From assembly GCF_009914755.1 (NCBI RefSeq), contig NC_060935.1: a stretch of 64,000 bases of DNA. One strand, given 5' to 3'. Positions within the stretch are counted from its first letter, which is position 1. Each line of letters starts with the position of its first letter. The notes beneath the pieces were generated by a model, which saw only the letters and a program-made list of their open reading frames with translations, searched no databases and was not told where the DNA came from. A program made the position numbers and the translations under genes. This stretch comes from the human T2T-CHM13v2.0 reference genome, Homo sapiens. Positions 51,190-62,835 of this stretch are shown piece by piece.

Positions 51190-51900
51190 CGGAATCGTGA
51201 CATCTTGTCCCGTGCAAGACGAAGGCGAGGACGGCGAGGGCACACCCTTCCAGTCCCGACCCCACAGAGGCCAAGCGGCCCTTCGCCCCCACCCCGACCC
51301 GGGAAGGCCCCGCGCCCCTCAAGCCTGGGACGGTCTCGCGTCCCCCGACCCGGGACGGCCCCGCGCCCCGCAAGCCTAGGACTGCCCAGCGCTGAGCGCC
51401 GCCTGCAGGAGTCGGGAGCGTGGTGCCCGCGGCCGGGCTGGGCGCGGCGCGGGCCGGCAGGGGGCGCTGGGCGCGGCGGGCGGGGCGCGTGGGGCGGGCA
51501 GGGGCCGGGCCAGGGACGCGCGGGGGGCAAGCGCGGCGGCGGACCGGGCGGGACCGTAGCCGGAGCCCAGCCGGGACTGTCGCGCGGGCCGCGCCGGCGA
51601 TGCCGCGCCCCCGGGCCGGGCTGTAGCGGGGCCGCGGCTGGAGTGTGCGCCGGGCAGGCGGGACATGGAGGTGGTGGACGAGACGGAGGCGCTGCAGCGC
51701 TTCTTCGAAGGTGAGAGACCGCGGGCTGGCGGCGGCGACCCTCTGGCGCTGGGAACCCCCGGCTGATCTCCCCGGGAACTGGGGCTCCTCGCTGTGTTTC
51801 CGCCTCCTCTGGCTGGGACCCTCCTTCAGGCTGGCACCAGCCCGCCAAGACAGGCTCCCGGGGCTGGGAGTCCCCCAGCGGTTACCACCCACCGCCGCTG
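51190..51900 (+). promoter_or_regulatory. MYRF: MYRF CpG-island promoter / 5'UTR of exon 1a
   Basis: Very high GC and CpG density, multiple GGGCGG boxes, a CTCF-like CCGGCAGGGGGCGCTG at 51454-51469, no TATA box. Confidence 0.92.
51665..51710 (+). CDS. MYRF: Myelin regulatory factor, exon 1a coding part (MEVVDETEALQRFFE-G)
   Basis: Strong Kozak gggacATGg, recognised MYRF N-terminus, donor AAG|gtgaga, 46 nt (phase 1). Confidence 0.96.
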
Positions 51901-54343
51901 AAGTTGGGCTCCCCCTCCCCGCTCCTCAACTCGCAGCTTCCTTGGGACTGTGTCCCCTTCCAGGTCCGGACTCCTTTGAGCCTTCCAGGACCCGGAACTT
52001 TCCCTAAATTGTGACACTCTCGCCCCCAGCAAACTTCCCGAGTCTGGGGACCCTCTACTTTGCTTCCCCAGAACCCCAAGCGGGATACAACCCCATTCAA
52101 GGCCCAGACCCCCGGTGTGCCTTCTAGGACCTTCCGTACCTCTTGAGGCTGGACCCCAGCCTGCTTCCCAGAATCTGTGACCCCCGCCTAGAGACCAAGA
52201 CCCCCTGTGTGCCCTTCTGGTTGGCGCCATCCCCCATGACTTCTAGGAGCTGGGACCTCCCCACTGTGCTTCCATGAGGGTAGGACCACTTTCGAGCCTG
52301 GATCCCCTTGGAGACTGCCACCTGCTTTCCACAATGCTGCCTAGTGACTGCTCTCCTGTTTGGGGCTGGGACCCCCCTCCCTAGCATGCTCTCCTGGGGC
52401 TGGAACCTTCTTGAAGCTGACATCCCTGCCACCGGTCACCTCTGCTCTCTGAGACCCTTCTAGTGCTGTGAACTGCATCCCACCAGCCCTCTGAGGCTCC
52501 TCAGCACTATGTCCCCCCAACCCTGGAGCTGTGCCTCTCTGACCTCGCCCCCTCAAAGAGTGACCTCACCCCCACTTGACCGAAAGGAGCCCTCTGGGGT
52601 GGAATTGACATACACCCCATAATATCTTCTTCTGCCCCCACCCCTACATTGGTTTTGGAGGTCTGCTCCTCCATCTAACCAACTCCCTGTCTTTTCCTGG
52701 ACGACCCCTGCCCCTCCTGCAGGGCCACCACTCCTCCTGGTGCTGGGTTCTGGAGGGATGGGACCACAGTGGGAGGGGGAGGGGAAGTTCTGGCTGACTG
52801 CCTCCCAGCCCACTCCGCTTCTCAGAACCTCCCTGGAACATCTAGCCAGACCCTCTGGCCCCCTTTTGTGCCCCTGTCTACCAATGCAGCGAGACCAGCC
52901 CCTGCCCCGAGCTCCCTCTAGTCCCTAAGGCCACATCCTGCTCCTTGGTGCATTGAGAACCTTCCCTTCATGTGTGAACCTATCAGGGCTACAGGGCAGG
53001 GAACCAAGGCCCAAGTTTCAAGCCCCAGATTCCTGTGGAGTCCTGTGGAGGAGAGAAGCAGGTCTTCCAGTGCCTCAGTTTCTCTCCCTCTGTGACTTGG
53101 GAGGCAGGAACCCTTGTTCACACCTGCTGGCTGAGCAGCCCAGGCAGGGGCACCCCTAAGCCTCAGTCATCCCACTCCAGGATTCTGGACACCCCACAGA
53201 CCCAGAACCCAAGAGTTCAGGCTTGGACTAGATTGAATGGTTGACTCTGCATCAGGTGGGCCATCTGAGGGTCTTAGGCAGCCCTGCATCTGTCCCGGGG
53301 CTCTGGCTCTCCCCAGACACTGTTGATCCATAGGAGCTCTCGAGGGGCCTGACGCGGTTTGAGACCTTCAGGGAAGAGGGGACCAGACATTCGTGCTTGC
53401 TTGGGTTACTGTCTGGAGTGCCTTGAGCCTGCTAGGTACCCAGAGGACCCGCAGGCCAGGCTCCCTTGACCTCCACACTGCCTGCCCCAGGACGCTGGGC
53501 CCTGACAGAGAGCAGAGGGGTGGGCCTGGCTGGCCTGGACTCCCTGGCTCCCTCCTGACCATGGGTTGGGGGGTGGGGGCTGACGCCACGGCTTAGCCAT
53601 GCAGCGGCCTGGCGGGGGGAGGCTGCGCTACTCCCTCCAGAGAGATAAGAGGAGACTCAAGAATGTCTGTGGGGAGCAGGGGAGGGGTGTGAGGCTGCCC
53701 GTCTAGGAGGGCTGGGCTGGAAACAGCTCCCAGCCCCTGCGATGGGGGAAGGTGTGGGTGGCCCCTGAGGCCTAGGGTCTCCAGGCCACTTGGGAGGGGA
53801 AGGCCCATGTGGGGGACCCACTGTAGGTGTGAGAGAAGGCCTGGGAGTGGCAGGGCCTGGTGTGCTTGTGAGTGTGTGAAGTGCGAGGGAGCGGGAAGTT
53901 GTGCTTTTGAGCCGTGGCTGCGTCACTCTTGAGTGCTGTCACACTCGGGGCTGGGGCTGGGGACACCTGAGCTCTCATCCTGGTCCCCACTTGGCCTTGG
54001 TCATCCCTCTGGACAGTGGGTAGCAGTCCCTGTGCTCTCGGCTCTGGGCTGGGAGACTGGGAAAGGGTTTTACCGAAGGGGCTGCAGCACAGCGCGCCCC
54101 CTCACCTGACGTGGTCCCCCTCCCTGGGCACACACCAAGCATAGGTGCTGGGTCCTGCCCTGTGCCGGTGGTGGGCTGGGGGCTAAGGCGCTTTGGACCT
54201 CAGGTGGGAGGCCGGGACAGAGCGGCCCCCTCGAGGCTGGTACAGCCGGGCCCCCGTGACCGCCCGGCTAATCCCCTAGAGAGAGGCAAGGCAGCCCAGA
54301 TCGGCGGGCACAGGGCCTGCAGAGAGGGGACCCACCGGGCAGG

Positions 54344-54362
54344 ATGCACTGGCTTCCAGCAG
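54344..54362 (+). CDS. MYRF: MYRF alternative first exon 1b coding part (MHWLPA-G)
   Basis: aggATGcactggcttccagcag|gtaacc; 19 nt, same phase 1 as exon 1a; local CpG enrichment 54090-54420; matches the N-terminus of the shorter MYRF isoform as I remember it. Confidence 0.8.
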
Positions 54363-55890
54363 GTAACCGGGCCATGGTATAAGGGGGCTTTGGACTCCAG
54401 AGCCAGGGCAGGCACGGGACAGGGCAGTGTCTGAGAATCCTGCCAGGACCTCAGAGTTCTGGTGCAGGCTGGACCACTGAGAGTGGGGTGACCGTCTGTG
54501 CCTGGCAGGGAACCCCCAAAGAGCTCTTGCCCTCTTTAAGTCCTTTTTCCTCACCTGCAAGACAGGAGGGGGTGGCAGAGAAGAACCTCAGCTCTGAAGA
54601 AGCTCACTGCCCAGCCCTGGGAAGGAGAGACATGTTAGAGTATGAATGGCCGAGCCTGGAAGGGGTGCCTGCTGGCCCTAGATTCTAGGGGCACATGAGG
54701 CTCGAGTGAGCAACCAGTGTCCCCCAGAAAGCAGGTGGGTGTGCAGGGGCCTTGGAGGATGGAGGGAAGTCGCCTTCCAGCAGGTGCTGGAAAGACCACT
54801 TGGAGTTTAGTGGGCCTCTGCCCGGCCTCTGGAGCCCCACCAGGGCTGGAGGAGGGAGGCCTGGGATTTCGCCCCTTCTGAAGCTGATGGGTGGCTGGAC
54901 TGGTGACTTCCTTCTCTGGCCTCATTCCCCTCCCAGGGTAAGTAAGTGGGTTGGACCAGAGCAGGGGCTTCCAATGTGATTTTTTAACCATCAAACAAAC
55001 TCATAGTCTCCTGATAGGACAGATACAGTGGATAATGGGGGCTGGGCTCCTCACAGCCCCTGAAGCACCAGGATACTGGTTTGAAAGCCACCCTTCCCGG
55101 CTGTGGGATGGGTAAGGGGAGGGGAATGGCGCTGGCTGAGGCTCAGAGAGAAGGGAGTTGGCCAGAGTTAGCCAGAGTGGACACCTAGCCCCCAGCTCCC
55201 TACTCTGCCACCAGTACCTTGGGGTTGAGGGGGCTACCTGTCAGGGACCAACATCTCTGCCTCCAGAGGGCAGGAGGAGGTCCCAGGTAGAGACTACCTG
55301 ATGATTTGGAAGAGAGGACTCCCACCTGGACAGGAATCCGGGGGCTGAGCTGGGCTTCGTGATGGGGGTGGCACTGTGGCCCGTGTCAGCCTGTCTCTGT
55401 CTGTCCCTGGTGCACCCAGGGAGTAAGTAGATGGGAGGGGTGGCCAGGCACAGGGTTTCCTGAGCCCAGGCAGGGGAGGAAATGGTAGTAGGGGGTCTGA
55501 CTCATCCCCATGTCCCCAGCACCCAGTGCAGGGCAGGGGTGGGGGGTGGGCAGGAAGTGCTCTCCAGGTCAATGGTGACAACAATGGGTATGTGAACAGA
55601 GGCGGCGGGGGTGGGGGACGCACCCCAGAAAGCACCTCTCTGGAGGGCCTGGGGTCAGTGCAGGGGTGAGAAACAGGCAGTTACCAACCCTTTGGCCTCA
55701 GGGACTCTCCTGAGACTGGAAGGCTGGACAGAGTGCTCCTTGGGGTCTTAAGTAGAGCCAAGGAGGGCATTTGAGGGCAGAATGGCCTTTTCCCTGGGGG
55801 CCTGACTCCCCACTTACCAACTCCCAAGGGGTTACAGACTGGAGGGCCCTGGCAGCAGAGGCTGCTGGGTAACAGCCCAGCAGAGCTGCT

Positions 55891-55980
55891 CATTGGCTGC
55901 CACCCTTGGACTTTGCCCTCCCTGATAAGGAACTGGGAGCAGAAATTATTAACCGAATCATTAACTGGGTGGCCCCGCCC
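55891..55980. promoter_or_regulatory. Candidate endodermal enhancer (HNF4, GATA, 2x HNF1, GC box, CCAAT)
   Basis: The motifs are read directly within 90 bp; function is inferred. Confidence 0.6.
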
Positions 55981-57589
55981 TACCCAGGCAGCCTGCCTTA
56001 CCTTCCCACCTTCCTCTTCACGGACCTAGCACCTTCCTGGGCCTCAGTTTCTCTCATTGCCTTGGGTGCTGGAGTATGTGGGGCCTCCTCTCCTATCTCC
56101 AGGCCTTCAGCCCCGGCTGCCACGGGGTGTGGGTACCTCTTGGTTGGGTCTCGGGGTAGGATGATGTAATGGTTCTGTGCATTCGCCAGCGAGGGCAGCT
56201 GGGGTCTGTTCCTAGCTCTCCTGCTTACCCACAGTGCTTCTCTTGGCCGTATCAGGGCACCGCTGTGCCTCCGCTTTCTCATCTGTAAAACGGGAGTGCA
56301 GTTGTAATGGCAGGGCCTCCGTCCCAGGGTTTCTGGGGTGATTAGGTAAGATTGTGCCTGGCCTGGTGAACACTCCATTGGTCCATGGCAGGTGTTCTGC
56401 GCCCTACCTTGAAGATTACTAGTCCCCAGGGTAGGTCAGTGCCCCTAAGCTTAGGGGGCTTGTTGAGCATGTTCTGTGGTTCTGTGTGCAAGGCCTGAAC
56501 CATGACAGCTCTGGCCCAGCGTGGCCTGGTCCTGGTCCCTGGCACATCCAGTGGGGCCCGCCCCACCTCCCCCTCTGAGATTTGGGTTCTGTTCTTGCTG
56601 CCAGCAAGGAGGAGGGGCTTGGCTGTATTGTGACTTCATCTGCTGCACCCAGGCTCTTTGCACGTTGTCTTCCTGGAGTCCTGGGGTGCAGTGGAAGCGT
56701 GGGTGACGGCCTCCCATTTCTGAGGGGGACTGTGAGGCAGGACAGGAAGGCGATGATGTGTCAGGCTCCCTCAAGGTGGCCACAACAGAGCTGGGACTGG
56801 AGCCTGGGTCCCAGCTCTGTGCCAGCCTGGGATGGGCAGGGAAGGGGCCTCTCCTCCTGACATGCTGAGGGGTGGCTCCAGCACGGGTGGCCACGCCAGG
56901 TGATGTCCGTGCAGCCTCCTTGACCTCTCTAGACCTCAGAGCCCTCACTCACATGGTCAAGGTTGGGTGATGTTAGCAGTTAGATCCCACGAGTGCCAAG
57001 GCCTGGAGTGAGGGGGGAGGGGCAAAGCCCCTGGGTGGGGAGTACAGTTGGGTCCGGAGCCCCCTGCCGGCCTAGAGTATGGAGGGGGCTCCCGGACATT
57101 CTGTCCTCCCTGTGCCCCAGGTCGCATCAGTGAGGGAAGTTCTCCCTCCAGCTGACCGGGGTCCGTGCAGCCGCCAGAGTGCACAACCACAGCCTCTGTC
57201 TCTCCTTTGTGGAGTTTGAGGATCCTATCTCCCTCCGGCCTCCCTCACTCCCCTCTCTTCTCCCTCCATGGCTGGGGCAAGGGGATCCCCATCCCCTGCC
57301 CTGCTAGCTTGGAGGAGGGAAGTTGTGCCTGTGACACTGAGTTCACTCAGTGGGGCCTGGCTCCAGCCGGAGCTGCTTAGGGAGGGTCTGACAGCAGGCG
57401 GGGAGGGGGCTTGGAGGGAAGAAGAGGAGGTGGGAGCTCTTCCTGGGTGGCCACTAACCTAACCCATGCATGTGACGCTGTGCCTGTGGGCCTGGGCCTG
57501 TCGTCGGGTCAGTGAGCGTTTGTGTACATGCGTGTCCTGGCATATACACCTGTGAAGTGTGCTGAGGTGTGAACATGCACAGGCATGCT

Positions 57590-57808
57590 CGTACCTCAGG
57601 GCTTTTGCACCGGCTGTCCCCGCCATCTGGAACCTTCTAGAATGCTAGGCATTTTGCTGCTCTCGTCATCTGACTCTGCTCCCTAGAATGTCAGCTCCAT
57701 GTGGGCAAGGCTTTTGTCCCTTTTGCTCACTGCTGTAGCCCCAAAGCTGGGCACTATGCTTGCCTGGCACATAACAGGTGCTCAGTAAATAACTGCTGAA
57801 TGAATGAA
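57590..57808 (+). mobile_element. L2 LINE 3' end
   Basis: ctagaatgtcagctccatg...gctcactgctgtagcccc...gcctggcacataacaggtgctcagtaaata...tgaatgaatgaa. Confidence 0.8.
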
Positions 57809-58306
57809 GGCACACGGATGAACGCTGGTGTGCGCATGTGTGTGGGTATATGTGTGGGGCATGCCACTGTGTGTCAGTACTGTGTATGTGTGAGTAGGGG
57901 GCAGGTGGTACGTGATCATGCGCATGTCAGTGGATACCTGACTGCAGGGTGTGCCCTTACATATATGTGTGTGTGTTGGCAGTGTGCCTGCGTGGGGCCA
58001 CACCGGTGTGTAGGCACAGATGGGCACAGGTGACCCTGGTGGAGACCTGTGTCCACCCCAAGCTGCAGGGTCTCTACCTGGCACCTGGTGGCCTGCCTGC
58101 CCTGGTCCCTGTGGGAGAGAGTAGGAACAGGTCGCAGCTGCTGGCCTCGGTGCTGTTGGACCTGGCTTTGGAGCATCTTGGGGCTGTGAGTTCAGCCTTA
58201 TGTTGACCTGAGGACAGGGCGGCAGCTTCATGGGGACTTGGAGTGGATGTAGCCATAGCCCAAGGGTGGCTAAAGATTCTGGGTCTCCTAGAAGAGAGGG
58301 TTCTCC

Positions 58307-58609
58307 GGCTGGGCCAGTGGCTCATGCCTGTAATCCCAGCACTTTGGGAGGCCGAGGCAGGTGGATCACCTGAGGTCAGGAGTTCGAGACCAGCCTGGCC
58401 AACATAGTGAAATCCCGTCTCTACAAAAAATACAACAATTAGCCAGGCGTGGTGGCAGGCGCCTGTAGTCCCAGCTCCTTGGGAGGCTGAGGTGGGAGAA
58501 TCACTTGAACTCAGGAGGCGGAAGTTGCAGTGAGCCAAGATTGTGCCACTGCACTCCAGCCTGGGCAACAGAGTGAAACTTTGTCTCAAAAAGAAAGGTA
58601 AAAAAAAAA
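58307..58609 (+). mobile_element. AluS
   Basis: Sense Alu with TSD-like aagagaggg(t/g)tctc. Confidence 0.95.
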
Positions 58610-58839
58610 GAGAGGGGTCTCTGTAGGCAGCCTGTGGGGGCTCTTCTGCATTTTTGGTAAGAAGCTGGGAGAGAACAAAGACTACTGTGACTCAGATCGA
58701 AGAACCTGATAAAAAAACGGCTCAAGAGCCCCATCTTTGTCAGGTGTGGCTGCTGGGCCCAAGCTAACTGAGATTTGATGCGGAGAGGCAAAGGGTTGCT
58801 TGCACAAGCAAACATCTGACCTGAAGGCATTTTGACTAA

Positions 58840-59184
<345 letters not shown>

Positions 59185-62100
59185 ATAGATCATATTAATA
59201 AAGAGAGAAAGCCCAAACCAAAGGAGGTGAGGCCACTGTGCCTTGCCCCCATGTAAACTGGTTGGGAGATGAGCCACAGCACTGGGGGCCCTCTGTGACT
59301 GGGGCGATGGGGAGGGGCTGCCAGGGCAGGCAGGGAGGCAGTCGCAGAAGGCTGACCCACTGGAAGGGATGGCTGGGGCCGAGGCCCGGAGGCTGGACTG
59401 TGCTGTGCATGTGTAAGAATAGCAGCAGAGTGCTGACCATGCCTCAGAGGGACTTAGGAGAAGGTGAGGATGTCCCTCGGAGGCTCTGGAGCACGTGTGC
59501 AGCAAGGCGGAGGGGCCTGGGGGAGAGGGGACAGCCTGGGCGGAGGCGTGCAGGCAGGAAAGGAGATGGGAGTCCTAAGAGAGATGGAAACAGGGCGGTT
59601 CACCCTGACTGCGGAATGGCCTCCTGGGGGTCACCTCGTTTAAGGTTCACTCCATGGCAGGGATTCGTGCTCCATCTGATGGAGAAGGAAGCCAGGGCTC
59701 AGGTCACTTGCTGAGGGTCATAGCCATCAAGTGGGAAGTCCACATTAGAAACCAGGCCTCTTTGACTCTGGAGGTCTCTCTGGGCATCGTGGTTATGCCC
59801 AGGTGGGCTGTCCCTTGACTGCTACCACCCTGGCCCTCAGCTGCTGCCTGAAGCTAGGGCATCCTTCAGGTTCAGATGCTCTGAGAGGACACTCAGAGCA
59901 ACTGGGGTTGTCGGAAATAGGCCTGGGCCCTGGTGTCCTCTGCACCCCAGGTTCAGATCCACCAAGCCTGGCCAGCATCCTCGGGCCCCGGCCCACCCTA
60001 CCCACAGCCACGTGGCTGACGGGATTTCCGCCATGTTTGGGGCATGAATTGACAAGTGCCTCATTGACGGGGCAGGGGAGGGGGTGGGCAGGGCACAAGC
60101 CTCCCACTGTGCCGTGTCCCCACCCTCCCCCGTTCCCCGGGACAATGGCCGAGACTCAGCCAACGGCCACAGCTGGTGGGGGGGGGGGCACATAAGCACA
60201 AGGAGGGGCGGAAGGGAGGGGTCCTGGGTGGAGGGACCACCTGGGCCCCTGCCTGCTCTCATCCTGCACCTGGCTTGGGTGCCCTCCGTTCCTTTCCTGG
60301 CCAGCTGGGGTGGCCTTAAGGAGACGAGGAGAGAAGAGCGGAGCGGAGGGGAGGGGGCTGCCTTCCCATAGTCTGGATCGCAGCCTGCCTGGGAAGGGGC
60401 AGTGTCTGGTTCCTGTTCCAGGCAGGTAATAAAGGGCCTAATTAATGAGGAGCAGCTGAGGCACACAGCTCAGCAGGGCAGGGGCAGGACCTGGAGGGGC
60501 CCCAGGTAGCCCCGGCCCTGGCCACAGCATGGCCTGGCCGAGGTCCCTCACTGGCCACTTGGCTCATCCACTCCGTGAACATTTCCTGGGTGCCTGCTGT
60601 GTGCTGGGATACTATATCCCAGAGAGACAGAACAGGGCAGCGCTCATAGCCCAGTGCCTGCCCCTGTAAGCTATGGGCACATGCCCATCCTTTCTGAGCC
60701 TCAGTTTCCTCATCTATAAAATGAAGAAAAAGAAAATCACCTACCTTGTAGGTTGGGATGAGAATTCAATATGAGCCATGTAAAGTGCATGGCACAGGGC
60801 TGGGCACAGAGTGGCCACTGGGCGAGTGAGCTGTGGGTGGTGGGCGGGTGGTGGACAGACACTCATCCTGCCCAGCGGGGTGTGTGTAGGCGGGAAGGTA
60901 AAGAACTGATGAGGAATTACAACGCCCCTGCCCATCCCTTGCTAAACAGAATGGGAGAGTCAGAGATGGCCTCTTGGGGGAATTTACATTTAAGACAAAA
61001 CCTAAAGCCTGAATAGGACCTGGCTTTCTCAGGCTTAGGGAACAGCATGGAATGGCATGTGTGAAGGCCTTGATGTGGGATGGAGGATGGAAAGGAGGCA
61101 AGGGCTGACCACGGAGAGGAGGGGAGGCAGGGGACCTGGGGAAGGAGAAAAGGCTGTCGGGGGCAGGCAGGGGACCATGTCAGGCCTTGGACTGCCAGAG
61201 GGCTCCGGGTGTCTCCCCAGCAGTGGGAAGTTGTTGAAGGGTTTGAGAAGGGAAGGACAGAGATGCTGGTTTGTGAGCTCATGGTGCTGTTTTCGGGTTA
61301 TTGGGCCCTGGGCAGCCTCGGGCAGCCTCTGGCGGGCCCGGCTTCCCTTCTCTCAGAGAGGTCTTGAGGATCAGAACGAGCCATATGGCCCATGTTCCGC
61401 TTCCTGCCTGGCAGGTACCCCTGCTTGGGCTCCAGTGATGTTCTGGGGCTCTTTTGGGAGCAGTGGGGAGGGGCGCTCCCGAGAGTGTGCCCATGGGACC
61501 CTGCCCCTGTCCTGGGTTCTTGGGGGCTCTATCCCAGCTTCGGCAAGCCCCCACCCTTGTCTTGTCCACCTGGAAAGTCTGTTAGAAATCTCCAGTGTGG
61601 TTCACGGGCGGGCTGGGGGCCGAGCGGCGTGGGAAAGAGACGACGCGGCCTCCAGGGCTTCCAGGAGAAGGTGTGGGGTCAGCGTTCCTCAGGAGGCCCT
61701 CCGAGCCCCCAACCCTCAAACTTCTTCCCCACCCACTGGCCTCCCCGCAACGCTGCCCCATCAGTTCCCTCCTCCCACCTCCTTCCTCCATCCTCCGTCC
61801 GCCCGGACCCTGGCACGGGAGGGTCCCTCCTCCCCCAAAGCACATCTGGTTCTCGTTAGGGTCTCCCAGGATGCCTCTGCCTGAGGCCCCCTATCCCGAG
61901 GGAGGTGGGCAGGAGGATTAGGGGCGATTAGGAGTGCTCCTGGCCAGGAGAGGAGGGGGCTGGGTCTGTTATAAATAGCAACACCATGACTGCATCAGCC
62001 CATCATTCACCGTAGATTCCAAGTTCAGGCTCAAAAACTTGCAGCTTCAGCGGCCAGGGTGGGGGCGACGCTCCAGGTGGGGTGGGGAAGGCACAGCAAC

Positions 62101-62339
62101 CGCCAGTCACACTCTCCCTCGTGGAGTCAGACCCCTGCACCTGGTTGGAATCCTCCTTGCCGTGTTGCCTTGGGTAAGAGACTTGACCTCTCTGAACAGG
62201 GGATGGTGATTATGTTACCTATCTGAACATCCCCACTGTTTAGAGAGGGAAAATGCATAAAGCACTTAGAATCGTCCCTGGCCTGGTAGGCAGTCAGTGT
62301 GAGCTGCAGTCACTGTCACCACCACTGTCTTTGTCATCA

Positions 62340-62835
<496 letters not shown>

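Larger units (their letters stand above)
52950..56590 (-). ncRNA. Antisense lncRNA region (MYRF-AS1/DKFZP434K028), boundaries approximate
   Basis: Mostly from recollection of the locus. The sequence shows only candidate minus-strand splice signals (donor CAAG|GTAGGG at 56408, acceptor CCTCCTGTCTTGCAG| at 54555). Confidence 0.35.

Noticed and set aside
50997-52007. Long overlapping ORFs (283, 261 and 198 aa) across the MYRF promoter
   Set aside because: Pro/Arg/Gly/Ala-rich products expected from a stop-poor CpG island; they run into a MIR and have no domain-like sequence.
61057-61884. 275-aa + strand ORF in MYRF intron 1
   Set aside because: No recognisable MYRF or other domain, low-complexity composition, and no consistent splice signals.
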